Source: Escherichia coli (lineage in GTDB: Bacteria; Pseudomonadota; Gammaproteobacteria; Enterobacterales; Enterobacteriaceae). Taken from it: a stretch of DNA of 64,000 bases. Location: the NCBI RefSeq assembly GCF_024223415.1, contig NZ_CP100500.1; one strand, given 5' to 3'. The notes under the pieces were generated by a model. That model saw only the letters and a program-made list of their open reading frames with translations. It was not told the DNA's origin and made no database searches. Below are positions 39,867 through 52,152 of this stretch, in pieces. The position numbers and the translations under genes were made by a program. How positions within the stretch are numbered: position 1 is the stretch's first letter; each line of letters begins with the position of its first letter.

Positions 39867-39886
39867 CACTGGTAAAGTATACAGTG
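39867..39886. promoter_or_regulatory. LexA box upstream of dinB
   Basis: CACTGGTAAAGTATACAGTG, a CTG-N10-CAG SOS-box-like palindrome 15 bp upstream of the dinB start. Confidence 0.65.
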
Positions 39887-39922
39887 ATTTCAGGGTTTGA
39901 GAAATGCGTAAAGATTCAGCAT

Positions 39923-40690
39923 TTAGCGCGTTCGCTGCGAAAGCACCTGCTGCTTATCCAGCTTTTGCACCAGCGGCTGCACCACTTTATCCCCATGCTG
40001 ACCAAAGTATTGATACAGCGTATCGGACGCACTTTTGGTCAACACCATAATCTCAATACGCCGATTGCCCGCGCTTTGCGGATTTTTGGCATCCAGCAGC
40101 ATCTGGTCCGCCATTGCGCTTACCTGCATCACTTTATCTTCCGGCATTCCGGCCTCTTCCAGCACCCGACGAGCCGAAAGCGCGCGGTCACCCGAAAGGT
40201 TCCAGTTGTTGTAGATATTGTTTTTGTAGGCCATCGCATCGGTATGCCCGGTAATAATAATTTTATTATCGAGCGAGTCGAACACTGGCGCTAACTCCAC
40301 CAGCAGCGTTTTAAAGAACGGCATAATCTGCGCGCTGCCGCGTTCGAACATATTGCGATTCTGGTCGTCTTTAATCAGCACGCGTAATCCCTGCGGGACA
40401 ATCTCCATCTCCAGATTCGCTTCCATATGCGCATCACGGGCAATGGTGTTGATACTGGTTGCCAGCTCACCAAGCTCGGTGGCGGATTTCTTCTTCAGCA
40501 GCGCCGTTTTCTCGTTGACGTCGCGCGCTTTTTTCTCCGTCTCTTCCGGCACCGCCACGGTGGCAGGTTTTGGCGGATGAGACGGGCTGATTTTATTTAA
40601 CGGCGACAACCCGCCACCGTTGAAAATCGACTGCCCGTGCAGCGCGGCGATAATGCTTTCACGCTCGGATTTACTGACGCTGTTGACAAT
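39923..40690 (-). pseudogene. lafU: MotB-like stator protein remnant of a lateral flagellar (Flag-2) system
   Basis: C-terminal OmpA/MotB-like domain is intact, but the N-terminal membrane segment is replaced by read-through into the antisense of lfhA. Confidence 0.6.
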
Positions 40691-42392
40691 CAACTTTATC
40701 GTCGTCACCAAAGGGGCCGAGCGTATTTCCGAGGTTTCTGCCCGCTTTACCCTGGACGCGATGCCCGGCAAACAGATGGCGATTGACGCCGACCTTAACG
40801 CCGGGTTGATCAACCAGGCGCAGGCGCAAACCCGGCGTAAAGATGTCGCCAGCGAGGCCGATTTCTACGGCGCGATGGACGGGGCATCGAAGTTTGTGCG
40901 CGGGGATGCCATCGCCGGGATGATGATTCTGGCGATCAACCTGATCGGCGGCGTCTGTATCGGGATCTTCAAATACAACCTGAGCGCCGATGCCGCCTTC
41001 CAGCAATATGTGCTGATGACCATCGGCGACGGCCTGGTGGCGCAGATCCCTTCCCTGCTGCTCTCCACGGCGGCGGCGATTATCGTCACCCGCGTCAGCG
41101 ACAACGGCGATATCGCCCATGACGTGCGCCACCAGCTGCTGGCAAGCCCGTCGGTGCTCTACACCGCCACCGGGATCATGTTCGTGCTGGCGGTGGTGCC
41201 GGGGATGCCGCACCTGCCGTTTTTGCTGTTCAGCGCCCTGCTTGGCTTTACCGGCTGGCGGATGAGCAAACGCCCGCAGGCGGCGGAGGCGGAAGAGAAA
41301 AGCCTCGAAACGCTGACCCGCACCATCACTGAAACCAGCGAGCAACAGGTCAGTTGGGAAACCATTCCGCTGATCGAGCCCATCAGCTTAAGCCTCGGCT
41401 ACAAACTGGTGGCGCTGGTGGACAAAGCGCAGGGCAACCCGCTCACCCAGCGTATTCGCGGCGTACGGCAGGTGATATCCGACGGTAACGGCGTGCTGCT
41501 GCCGGAGATCCGCATTCGGGAAAACTTCCGCCTTAAGCCGAGCCAGTACGCCATTTTCATCAACGGTATTAAGGCTGATGAAGCGGATATTCCGGCGGAT
41601 AAACTGATGGCCCTGCCCTCCAGCGAAACCTACGGCGAGATTGACGGCGTGCTGGGGAACGACCCGGCGTACGGGATGCCGGTCACCTGGATCCAGCCCG
41701 CGCAGAAAGCGAAAGCGCTGAATATGGGGTATCAGGTGATCGACAGCGCCAGCGTGATTGCCACCCATGTGAACAAGATTGTCCGCAGCTATATTCCTGA
41801 TTTGTTTAACTATGATGACATCACGCAGTTGCATAACCGTTTGTCGTCGATGGCACCGCGCCTGGCGGAGGATTTAAGCGCGGCGCTCAATTACAGCCAA
41901 TTGCTGAAAGTGTACCGGGCGCTGCTGACCGAAGGCGTTTCCCTGCGCGATATCGTCACCATCGCCACCGTGCTGGTCGCAAGTAGCACGGTGACCAAAG
42001 ATCATATTCTGCTGGCAGCTGATGTGCGCCTGGCACTGCGGCGCAGCATTACCCATCCGTTCGTTCGCAAGCAGGAGCTGACGGTGTATACGCTGAATAA
42101 TGAGCTGGAAAATCTGCTGACCAACGTGGTGAATCAGGCGCAACAGGGCGGGAAAGTGATGCTCGACAGCGTGCCGGTCGACCCGAATATGCTCAACCAG
42201 TTCCAGAACACGATGCCGCAGGTAAAAGAGCAGATGAAAGCGGCGGGGAAAGACCCGGTGCTGCTGGTGCCGCCTCAGCTGCGCCCTTTGCTGGCGCGTT
42301 ATGCAAGGTTGTTTGCGCCGGGGCTGCATGTGCTGTCGTATAACGAAGTGCCGGATGAGCTGGAGTTGAAGATTATGGGGGCGTTGATGTAG
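40683..42392 (+). pseudogene. lfhA: FlhA-family export-gate remnant lacking the N-terminus
   Basis: Homology to FlhA starts at about residue 130 of the family (FIVVTKGAERISEVSARFTLDAMPGKQMAIDADLNAG); no proper start or promoter. Boundary approximate. Confidence 0.65.
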
Positions 42393-42605
42393 GCATGATA
42401 AGACGCGTCAGCGTCGCATCAGGCATCGGTGCATAACCGCCGGATGCGGCGTGAACGCCTTATCCGGCCTACCGTTCAGGCGCAGGTTTGTAGGCATTAT
42501 AAGATGTGCCAGCGTCGCATCAGGCATCCGCGCACAATTGCCGGATGCGGCACAAGTTTGTAGGCATGATAAGACGCGCTAGCGTCGCATCAGGCATCTG
42601 CGCAC
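42393..42605. repeat. REP/BIME array (about four REP units)
   Basis: Repeated GCCGGATGCGGCG and CAGCGTCGCATCAGGCA units in alternating orientation. Confidence 0.8.
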
Positions 42606-42607
42606 AA

Positions 42608-43105
42608 TTATAAAATGATACGCTCCCCAGCACTCAAATCCGTTATGTCTCCCGCCCAATTGATGGGATATAACCCTCGCGCGACATCGCGATGGAACGT
42701 TGAGAATGGCCAATCACTCACTTGCTTTACCCAGCCATGTTTTACTGGATTTATATAAATATAATCAACATGATGGCGATAGTTTTTGGTATTGCGGATG
42801 GTGTGCTCCCAAAAACGTGGTTGCCAGATATTTTTCAATCCACAAGCATGGGTGAACTGCTTTTTAATCTCCCGCCAGCGAGAGGAAAAATCATCATCGC
42901 TTTCGGGTAATGTCCATATGCAATGCATATGCTCCGGCAAAACTACCCAGGCATTAATTTCAAAAGGTCTGGCTCGCTTAACTTTAATAATGGCGTTACG
43001 GAGCGTCTGGTACTGGGTAGTCAAAAGTTGGCTTCGACGATTCCGTAAATTCACCGTGAAAAACCAGGTTCCCCCTTTGATGTAATACCGACGATATTCA
43101 GACAT
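42608..43105 (-). CDS. rayT: REP-associated tyrosine transposase
   Basis: 165-aa ORF recognised as a REP-associated tyrosine transposase from the translation; flanked on both sides by REP arrays. Confidence 0.85.
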   Translation of the reverse strand: MSEYRRYYIKGGTWFFTVNLRNRRSQLLTTQYQTLRNAIIKVKRARPFEINAWVVLPEHMHCIWTLPESDDDFSSRWREIKKQFTHACGLKNIWQPRFWEHTIRNTKNYRHHVDYIYINPVKHGWVKQVSDWPFSTFHRDVARGLYPINWAGDITDLSAGERIIL

Positions 43106-43184
43106 GGCGACTCCTTTTTCTCAACGGTAAGAAGAAAAGGAAAGGTCGGCAATGAGGTGATGGAATAACGGGAAAGCGGCTCGC

Positions 43185-44131
<947 letters not shown>

Positions 44132-44308
44132 ACTCAATAATGGCTGGTCATGCTTTAATGTTGCAGTGTATCCCGGATCGTTTCTGAACAAACTTAATAA
44201 ACCATTATTATAAAATTAACATATATATTTCAGTGAATTATGTAAATACATCAGTTTATTGAATTGCTCATAAATTGCCGCTGTTGCTCAATTGAGCTAC
44301 AATTCAAG

Positions 44309-44324
44309 CTGAATATATATACAG
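44309..44324. promoter_or_regulatory. LexA box upstream of dinJ
   Basis: CTGAATATATATACAG, matching the CTG-N10-CAG SOS-box pattern 17 bp upstream of dinJ. Confidence 0.6.
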
Positions 44325-44340
44325 CACAGGAGATACCCCA

Positions 44341-44601
44341 ATGGCTGCAAATGCATTTGTTCGCGCCCGAATCGATGAAGATCTGAAGAATCAGGCGGCG
44401 GACGTACTGGCCGGGATGGGGCTGACCATCTCTGACCTGGTTCGCATAACCCTCACAAAGGTCGCGCGTGAAAAGGCATTGCCGTTTGATTTACGCGAGC
44501 CTAATCAATTAACCATTCAATCAATCAAAAACAGCGAAGCTGGCGTTGATGTTCATAAGGCCAAAGACGCCGATGATTTATTTGATAAATTAGGAATTTA
44601 A
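44341..44601 (+). CDS. dinJ: antitoxin DinJ
   Basis: 86-aa ORF immediately followed by yafQ. Confidence 0.9.
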   Translation: MAANAFVRARIDEDLKNQAADVLAGMGLTISDLVRITLTKVAREKALPFDLREPNQLTIQSIKNSEAGVDVHKAKDADDLFDKLGI

Positions 44602-44603
44602 AT

Positions 44604-44882
44604 ATGATTCAAAGGGATATTGAATACTCGGGACAATTTTCAAAGGATGTAAAACTTGCACAAAAGCGTCATAAGGATATGAATAAATTGAAATATATTA
44701 TGACGCTTCTTATCAATAATACTTTACCGCTTCCAGCTGTTTATAAAGACCACCCGCTGCAAGGTTCATGGAAAGGTTATCGCGATGCTCATGTCGAACC
44801 GGACTGGATCCTGATTTACAAACTTACCGATAAACTTTTACGATTTGAGAGAACTGGAACTCACGCGGCGCTCTTTGGGTAA
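44604..44882 (+). CDS. yafQ: toxin YafQ (RelE-family mRNA interferase)
   Basis: 92-aa ORF 2 bp after the dinJ stop. Confidence 0.9.
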   Translation: MIQRDIEYSGQFSKDVKLAQKRHKDMNKLKYIMTLLINNTLPLPAVYKDHPLQGSWKGYRDAHVEPDWILIYKLTDKLLRFERTGTHAALFG

Positions 44883-45037
44883 AGCCCGCTGCCGATGAAA
44901 TTTGTAAACCCTGCGCCGACAGGCTTGCGTAAAACTCTTTTGGTGATAATGTGAGCCTTCCCAATCCAGACTATTCCGATTTGGGATCCATTTTGCCGTC
45001 CTGGCGTGTGTAACCGTTTTATCAAGGAATAAGCAGT

Positions 45038-45778
45038 ATGCGTAAAATCGCATTAATTCTTGCGATGTTGTTGATCCCGTGCGTTTCGTTTGCCGGTTTG
45101 CTGGGCAGCAGTAGCTCGACCACGCCAGTGAGCAAAGAGTATAAGCAGCAGTTGATGGGATCCCCTGTCTACATCCAGATCTTCAAGGAAGAACGTACGC
45201 TCGATCTCTACGTCAAAATGGGCGAGCAATATCAGCTGCTCGACAGTTATAAAATCTGTAAATATTCCGGCGGATTAGGGCCAAAACAGCGTCAGGGCGA
45301 TTTCAAAAGCCCGGAAGGGTTTTATAGCGTCCAGCGTAATCAGTTAAAACCAGACAGCCGTTACTACAAAGCGATTAATATTGGTTTCCCCAATGCCTAT
45401 GACCGTGCGCATGGTTATGAAGGGAAATACCTGATGATCCACGGCGATTGTGTTTCCATCGGCTGCTACGCAATGACCAATCAGGGTATTGATGAGATCT
45501 TCCAGTTCGTTACTGGTGCGCTGGTGTTTGGTCAGCCGAGCGTGCAAGTGAGTATTTACCCGTTCCGCATGACCGACGCCAATATGAAGCGCCACAAATA
45601 TTCCAACTTTAAGGACTTCTGGGAGCAACTGAAGCCAGGCTACGACTACTTTGAGCAAACCCGTAAGCCACCGACCGTTTCTGTGGTCAATGGCCGTTAC
45701 GTGGTCAGCAAGCCGTTAAGCCACGAAGTTGTGCAACCACAACTGGCATCAAACTACACGCTCCCCGAGGCAAAATAA
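45038..45778 (+). CDS. yafK: periplasmic L,D-transpeptidase-family protein
   Basis: 246-aa ORF with signal peptide and YkuD-type catalytic motif ([12 protein letters not shown]). Confidence 0.85.
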   Translation: MRKIALILAMLLIPCVSFAGLLGSSSSTTPVSKEYKQQLMGSPVYIQIFKEERTLDLYVKMGEQYQLLDSYKICKYSGGLGPKQRQGDFKSPEGFYSVQRNQLKPDSRYYKAINIGFPNAYDRAHGYEGKYLMIHGDCVSIGCYAMTNQGIDEIFQFVTGALVFGQPSVQVSIYPFRMTDANMKRHKYSNFKDFWEQLKPGYDYFEQTRKPPTVSVVNGRYVVSKPLSHEVVQPQLASNYTLPEAK

Positions 45779-46516
45779 GCGCCATTCGCCTGGCATAATC
45801 TTTTGCCAGGTTTCATTGCCCGTCAGCGGCTGTGTCGCAATCACCGTGACCACATCATTCGGTGTGGTCTGCGAGCTGAAGTCGATTTCTACATCCTGAT
45901 CCAGCAACGTTGCCACGCCAAACGGCGCGCGGCGGGTGATCCAGTGTAAATTAGTCGAGCAATACGCCATTACATAGCGCCCGTCCGAAAGCAGCATGTT
46001 GAAAACGCCCTTCGCCCGCAGTTCATCCGCCAGTGAGGCGATATATTTAAACACTGCCGCCATGTTGCCCGGCGTGCGCGGGTAACGCTGCGTTAATTTA
46101 TGCAGCAGCCAGCAAAAGGCTTTTTCGCTGTCGGTTTCACCGACCGGGCGGAAGTTGCCGGTTTCCAGTGATTTGTAGCCCGTCAGTTGCCCGTTATGGG
46201 CATAAGTCCAGTTACGCCCCCATAACTCGCGGGTAAACGGGTGAGTATTTTCCAGCGCCACCTCGCCCCGATTAGCCTGGCGAATATGAGCCACCACCGA
46301 ACAAGATTTTATTGGGTAGTCCTGGACCAGTTTGGCGATAGGTGAGTTAAAGCTGGGTTGCGGATCTTTAAATGTGCGACAGCCTTTACCTTCGTAAAAG
46401 GTAATGCCCCAGCCATCTTTATGTGGCCCAGTTCCACCACCACGCTGCACCAGACCGGTGAAACTAAAGCAGATATCGGTAGGGACGTTGGCGCTCATCC
46501 CGAGCAATTCGCACAT
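45749..46516 (-). CDS. yafJ: class II glutamine amidotransferase-like protein
   Basis: Start at [10 protein letters not shown] with GGAGG ribosome-binding site; N-terminal Cys nucleophile typical of class II amidotransferases. Confidence 0.85.
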   Translation of the reverse strand: MCELLGMSANVPTDICFSFTGLVQRGGGTGPHKDGWGITFYEGKGCRTFKDPQPSFNSPIAKLVQDYPIKSCSVVAHIRQANRGEVALENTHPFTRELWGRNWTYAHNGQLTGYKSLETGNFRPVGETDSEKAFCWLLHKLTQRYPRTPGNMAAVFKYIASLADELRAKGVFNMLLSDGRYVMAYCSTNLHWITRRAPFGVATLLDQDVEIDFSSQTTPNDVVTVIATQPLTGNETWQKIMPGEWRLFCLGERVV

Positions 46517-46577
46517 GGGTAACCTCCACAACAGCGGGAGCGCATGGCCCCCGGCGAAGATTGATTTAAGAATTTTC

Positions 46578-46715
<138 letters not shown>

Positions 46716-46721
46716 CCAGAC

Positions 46722-47300
46722 TTACTTAACCATCTCTTTTTCAATTAACTGGATCAGGATATGGATCACTTTAATGTGGATCTCCTGAATGCGGTCGGCA
46801 TAACCAAAGTGCGGTACGCGAATTTCGATATCCGCCGTGCCAGCCATTTTGCCGCCGTCTTTACCGGTCAGGGTGATCACTTTCATCCCCTTCTCACGCG
46901 CCGCCGCGATCGCTTTGATCACGTTTGCAGAGTTACCGGAAGTGGAGATCCCCAGCAGTACATCGCCTTCGCGACCTACCGCTTCAACGTAGCGGGAGAA
47001 AATATCATTGAAACCGAAATCATTACCGACGCAGGAAATATGACTAACGTCAGAAATGGCAATCGCCGGGTAGCCCGGACGGTTTTCACGGTAGCGACCG
47101 GTCAACTCTTCGGCAAAGTGCATAGCGTCGCAATGGGAACCGCCGTTGCCGCAGGAAAGCACTTTGCCACCGGCTTTAAAGCTGTCTGCTAACAGGACCG
47201 CCGCGCGCTGAATGGCGTGAATATTGGCGTCATCTTTTAAAAAGTTAGCCAGCGTTTCCGCCGCTTCGTTCAGTTCGTTACGAATAAGATCCTGGTACAT
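46722..47300 (-). CDS. gmhA: sedoheptulose-7-phosphate isomerase
   Basis: Start at [15 protein letters not shown] giving the 192-aa protein; the track ORF has a 54-codon upstream extension. Confidence 0.95.
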
Positions 47301-47539
47301 GAGGATATCCTTCAGCATAAATGTAATAGACAAAATGCAGTGTACCGGATACCGCCAAAAGCGAGAAGTACGGGCAGGTGCTATGACCAGGACTTTTTGA
47401 CCTGAAGTGCGGATAAAAACAGCAACAATGTGAGCTTTGTTGTAATTATATTGTAAACACATTGCTAAATGTTTTTACATCCACTACAACCATATCATCA
47501 CAAGTGGTCAGACCTCCTACAAGTAAGGGGCTTTTCGTT

Positions 47540-49984
47540 ATGATGATTTTGAGTATTCTCGCTACGGTTGTCCTGCTCGGCGCGTTGTTCTATCACCGCG
47601 TGAGCTTATTTATCAGCAGTCTGATTTTGCTCGCCTGGACAGCCGCCCTCGGCGTTGCTGGTCTGTGGTCGGCGTGGGTACTGGTGCCTCTGGCCATTAT
47701 CCTCGTGCCATTTAACTTTGCGCCTATGCGTAAGTCGATGATTTCCGCGCCGGTATTTCGCGGTTTCCGTAAGGTGATGCCGCCGATGTCGCGCACTGAG
47801 AAAGAAGCGATTGATGCGGGCACCACCTGGTGGGAGGGCGACTTGTTCCAGGGCAAGCCGGACTGGAAAAAGCTGCATAACTATCCGCAGCCGCGCCTGA
47901 CCGCAGAAGAGCAAGCGTTTCTCGACGGCCCGGTAGAAGAAGCCTGCCGGATGGCGAATGATTTCCAGATTACTCATGAGCTGGCGGATCTGCCGCCGGA
48001 GTTGTGGGCGTACCTTAAAGAGCATCGCTTCTTCGCGATGATCATCAAAAAAGAGTATGGCGGACTGGAGTTCTCGGCTTATGCCCAGTCTCGCGTGCTG
48101 CAAAAACTCTCCGGCGTGAGCGGGATCCTGGCGATTACCGTCGGCGTGCCGAACTCATTAGGCCCGGGCGAGCTGCTGCAACATTACGGCACTGACGAGC
48201 AGAAAGATCACTATCTGCCGCGTCTGGCGCGTGGTCAGGAAATCCCTTGCTTTGCACTGACCAGCCCGGAAGCGGGTTCCGATGCGGGCGCGATTCCGGA
48301 TACCGGGATTGTCTGCATGGGTGAATGGCAGGGCCAGCAGGTGCTGGGCATGCGACTGACCTGGAACAAACGCTACATTACGCTGGCACCGATTGCGACC
48401 GTGCTGGGTCTGGCATTTAAACTCTCCGACCCGGAAAAATTGCTGGGTGGCGCAGAAGATTTAGGTATTACCTGTGCGCTGATCCCGACCACCACGCCGG
48501 GCGTGGAAATTGGTCGTCGCCACTTCCCGCTGAACGTACCGTTCCAGAACGGACCGACGCGCGGCAAAGATGTCTTCGTACCGATCGATTACATCATCGG
48601 TGGGCCGAAAATGGCCGGGCAAGGCTGGCGGATGCTGGTGGAGTGCCTCTCGGTAGGCCGCGGCATCACCCTGCCTTCCAACTCAACCGGCGGCGTGAAA
48701 TCGGTAGCGCTGGCAACGGGCGCGTATGCTCACATTCGCCGTCAGTTCAAAATCTCTATCGGTAAGATGGAAGGGATTGAAGAGCCGCTGGCGCGTATTG
48801 CCGGGAACGCTTATGTAATGGATGCTGCGGCATCTCTGATTACCTACAGCATTATGCTCGGCGAAAAACCTGCCGTGCTGTCGGCTATCGTTAAGTATCA
48901 CTGTACCCACCGCGGGCAGCAGTCGATTATTGATGCGATGGATATTACCGGCGGTAAAGGCATTATGCTCGGGCAAAGCAACTTCCTGGCGCGTGCTTAC
49001 CAGGGCGCACCGATTGCCATCACCGTTGAAGGGGCTAACATTCTGACCCGCAGCATGATGATCTTCGGACAAGGAGCGATTCGTTGTCATCCGTACGTGC
49101 TGGAAGAGATGGAAGCGGCGAAGAACAATGACGTCAACGCGTTCGATAAACTGTTGTTCAAACATATCGGTCACGTCGGTAGCAACAAAGTTCGCAGCTT
49201 CTGGCTGGGCCTGACGCGCGGTTTAACCAGCAGCACGCCAACCGGCGATGCCACTAAACGCTACTATCAGCACCTGAACCGCCTGAGCGCCAACCTCGCC
49301 CTGCTTTCTGATGTCTCGATGGCAGTGCTGGGCGGCAGCCTGAAACGTCGTGAGCGTATCTCGGCACGTCTGGGTGATATTTTAAGCCAGCTTTACCTCG
49401 CCTCTGCCGTTCTGAAGCGTTATGACGACGAAGGCCGTAATGAAGCCGATCTGCCGCTGGTGCACTGGGGCGTACAGGATGCGCTGTATAAGGCTGAACA
49501 GGCGATGGACGATTTACTGCAAAACTTCCCGAACCGCGTGGTTGCCGGGCTGCTGAATGTAGTGATCTTCCCGACCGGACGTCATTATCTGGCACCGTCT
49601 GACAAGCTGGATCATAAAGTGGCGAAGATTTTACAAGTGCCGAACGCCACTCGCTCACGTATTGGTCGCGGTCAGTACCTGACGCCGAGCGAGCATAATC
49701 CGGTTGGTTTACTGGAAGAGGCGTTGGTGGATGTGATTGCCGCCGACCCGATTCATCAGCGGATCTGTAAAGAGCTGGGTAAAAATCTGCCATTTACCCG
49801 TCTGGATGAACTGGCGCACAACGCGCTGGCGAAGGGGCTGATTGATAAAGATGAAGCCGCTATTCTGGTGAAAGCGGAAGAAAGCCGTCTGCGCAGTATT
49901 AACGTTGATGACTTTGATCCGGAAGAGCTGGCGACGAAGCCGGTAAAGTTGCCGGAGAAAGTGCGGAAAGTTGAAGCCGCGTAA
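47540..49984 (+). CDS. fadE: acyl-CoA dehydrogenase
   Basis: Start at [17 protein letters not shown] giving 814 aa; the track ORF begins earlier at a TTG. Confidence 0.95.
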   Translation: MMILSILATVVLLGALFYHRVSLFISSLILLAWTAALGVAGLWSAWVLVPLAIILVPFNFAPMRKSMISAPVFRGFRKVMPPMSRTEKEAIDAGTTWWEGDLFQGKPDWKKLHNYPQPRLTAEEQAFLDGPVEEACRMANDFQITHELADLPPELWAYLKEHRFFAMIIKKEYGGLEFSAYAQSRVLQKLSGVSGILAITVGVPNSLGPGELLQHYGTDEQKDHYLPRLARGQEIPCFALTSPEAGSDAGAIPDTGIVCMGEWQGQQVLGMRLTWNKRYITLAPIATVLGLAFKLSDPEKLLGGAEDLGITCALIPTTTPGVEIGRRHFPLNVPFQNGPTRGKDVFVPIDYIIGGPKMAGQGWRMLVECLSVGRGITLPSNSTGGVKSVALATGAYAHIRRQFKISIGKMEGIEEPLARIAGNAYVMDAAASLITYSIMLGEKPAVLSAIVKYHCTHRGQQSIIDAMDITGGKGIMLGQSNFLARAYQGAPIAITVEGANILTRSMMIFGQGAIRCHPYVLEEMEAAKNNDVNAFDKLLFKHIGHVGSNKVRSFWLGLTRGLTSSTPTGDATKRYYQHLNRLSANLALLSDVSMAVLGGSLKRRERISARLGDILSQLYLASAVLKRYDDEGRNEADLPLVHWGVQDALYKAEQAMDDLLQNFPNRVVAGLLNVVIFPTGRHYLAPSDKLDHKVAKILQVPNATRSRIGRGQYLTPSEHNPVGLLEEALVDVIAADPIHQRICKELGKNLPFTRLDELAHNALAKGLIDKDEAAILVKAEESRLRSINVDDFDPEELATKPVKLPEKVRKVEAA

Positions 49985-49992
49985 TTGAATAA

Positions 49993-50017
49993 CGGAGCCG
50001 AAAGGCTCCGTTTCTTT
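49993..50017. terminator. bidirectional rho-independent terminator between fadE and ivy
   Basis: Hairpin CGGAGCC-GAAA-GGCTCCG followed by TTTCTTT, flanked by convergent genes. Confidence 0.6.
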
Positions 50018-50026
50018 ATCCGCTAA

Positions 50027-50500
50027 TTATTTAAAATTAAAGCCATCCGGATGGTTTTCCAGGCTGCCGGTCAACGCCGCGAACAGCACCGTTTTACCAT
50101 CAATCGAAAGCGCATCGTTCACATTCAGCCAGGTCAGTTTCTCTTGCGACGTTTTCTCATCAATAGTCGAGAACAGCCCCGTCATCTGATTAGATTTCTC
50201 GGACCACATCACAGCGATACGTTGCGAGCCACAGTCATGCGGTTTGCACGCGCTCATCACCTGATACGTCTCATCTCCCAACGTTACGGTTTGTGCGGGA
50301 GTATAAGTACCGCCTTTCATCACCCATGCAGGTAGCTTATGCCCTTGCACCATCTGATTAAACGCAGCTTTGGTGGTTTCGCCCTTTGCAAGGCTGCTAA
50401 TGGTTAAATCATCCTGCGCCATTGCACTGGTGGCGATGACCAGAGCGGCGACTGTCGTTATTGCCTTAAACATCATTCCTCCCGAGCTTATCCTGCCCAT
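50027..50500 (-). CDS. ivy: inhibitor of vertebrate lysozyme
   Basis: 157-aa ORF with signal peptide and the CKPHDCG motif. Confidence 0.9.
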   Translation of the reverse strand: MGRISSGGMMFKAITTVAALVIATSAMAQDDLTISSLAKGETTKAAFNQMVQGHKLPAWVMKGGTYTPAQTVTLGDETYQVMSACKPHDCGSQRIAVMWSEKSNQMTGLFSTIDEKTSQEKLTWLNVNDALSIDGKTVLFAALTGSLENHPDGFNFK

Positions 50501-50653
50501 GTTATTAACCTCCTAAAGCCTGGCGATAACACGATAATTTGCAAATCAGATATTTCCAATATCAGCATTTGTTATCAATTTATTCTGCGCTAAGGCAACT
50601 GCCTGATAAGGTGTTAAAGTTATAAAACCCTTCGCATAAAGGAGTTGTACACC

Positions 50654-51421
50654 GTGCCTGGTTTGAAGATTACGCTTTTGCAGCAACCACTGGTGTGGAT
50701 GGATGGCCCTGCCAACCTGCGTCATTTTGATCGTCAACTGGAAGGTATTACCGGGCGCGATGTGATCGTTCTACCGGAGATGTTTACCAGCGGCTTTGCC
50801 ATGGAAGCGGCTGCTTCGTCGCTAGCACAAGATGACGTAGTGAACTGGATGACAGCCAAAGCGCAGCAGTGCAATGCGCTGATTGCAGGCAGTGTTGCAT
50901 TACAAACGGAGTCTGGTTCGGTTAACCGCTTTTTGCTGGTTGAGCCGGGCGGCACGGTACATTTTTATGATAAGCGTCATCTGTTCCGCATGGCAGATGA
51001 GCATCTGCATTATAAAGCGGGCAATGCGCGAGAGATTGTGGAATGGCGCGGCTGGCGTATTTTGCCGTTGGTGTGCTACGACTTACGTTTTCCGGTGTGG
51101 TCGCGCAATCTCAACGATTATGACCTCGCCATCTACGTTGCCAACTGGCCTGCTCCGCGCTCTCTGCACTGGCAGGCATTGCTGACGGCCCGCGCGATTG
51201 AGAATCAGGCGTATGTGGCGGGATGCAATCGCGTCGGCAGCGATGGCAACGGCTGCCATTATCGCGGTGACAGCCGGGTGATTAATCCACAGGGCGAGAT
51301 TATCGCTACTGCCGACGCGCATCAGGCAACGCGCATTGATGCGGAGCTGTCGATGGCGGTGTTAAGGGAATATCGCGATAAGTTTCCGGCATGGCGGGAT
51401 GCGGATGAGTTTAGGTTGTAG
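50654..51421 (+). CDS. yafV: nitrilase-family omega-amidase
   Basis: Carbon-nitrogen hydrolase family ORF; start taken at GTG 50654 ([11 protein letters not shown]...), preceded by an AAGGAG ribosome-binding site. Confidence 0.85.
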   Translation: MPGLKITLLQQPLVWMDGPANLRHFDRQLEGITGRDVIVLPEMFTSGFAMEAAASSLAQDDVVNWMTAKAQQCNALIAGSVALQTESGSVNRFLLVEPGGTVHFYDKRHLFRMADEHLHYKAGNAREIVEWRGWRILPLVCYDLRFPVWSRNLNDYDLAIYVANWPAPRSLHWQALLTARAIENQAYVAGCNRVGSDGNGCHYRGDSRVINPQGEIIATADAHQATRIDAELSMAVLREYRDKFPAWRDADEFRL

Positions 51422-51479
51422 TGAGTGGGTGTTGTGTTTAGGGCTGGGGAGAGTCGGGGAAGACTACGAAAGCCCGCTC

Positions 51480-51849
51480 TCCTGCGACCACTTTTATCAT
51501 AGGAGTGTGGAAGTGCTTTTCCATCAATCGCGATGACGTCTTTGTCATTTGATGAATGGCAGTCACGCATCCAGTTAATAAAGCACTCGTGAAATTTTGC
51601 AGGACTGATACAGGATACAACTCTGGCAATGGTATCGTGAACAGGGATACCATTTTCAAAATCACCATATTGTTTTAAAAAATCGAGATGTGTTTCCCCA
51701 AAATCCTCTATATCTTCCCAACCTTCTACACCAGAAATAACGGCACAAATAGTCAACAGAAGAATATCTGACAATTTATGTTCCACTTTCCAGGCTTGAC
51801 TGTAATCGGGAATAATAGAAATATGTTCCATCAATTTTTTAAGTTCCAT
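51480..51849 (-). mobile_element. H-repeat (ISAs1-family) transposase N-terminal fragment
   Basis: N-terminal ~120 residues ([40 protein letters not shown]...) match H-repeat-associated proteins; similarity is lost after about residue 123 and the ORF runs into the yafV 3' end. Has its own AAGGAG ribosome-binding site. Confidence 0.7.
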
Positions 51850-52152
51850 TTTTTCTCCTTATTTATGTAAGGAGTATTTGATCATGTATAAGCAATAAAA
51901 AACAGCTTCAGGTAATGAGGAATATCTCAATTTTTAAACATAAAATGCGAATTATTTAGTATAAAAAGTGTACTTCTGATGATCTTTCCCTGGATTTACA
52001 TTAGGTTGGTTATTTTCCATACCCACAACTATATTTTCTCTCTGAATTTAATACGTGCAAGACAATCGCAGCACTCTAACTGACTTCGATGTGATTTGAT
52101 GTTCAGAAAAATCCCTCATTAGATTATTATCATGAAATACAGCCAATTATCT

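Noticed and set aside
40671-41345. 224-aa minus-strand ORF inside lfhA
   Set aside because: Antisense to the FlhA-like sequence and Arg/His-rich; no ribosome-binding site.
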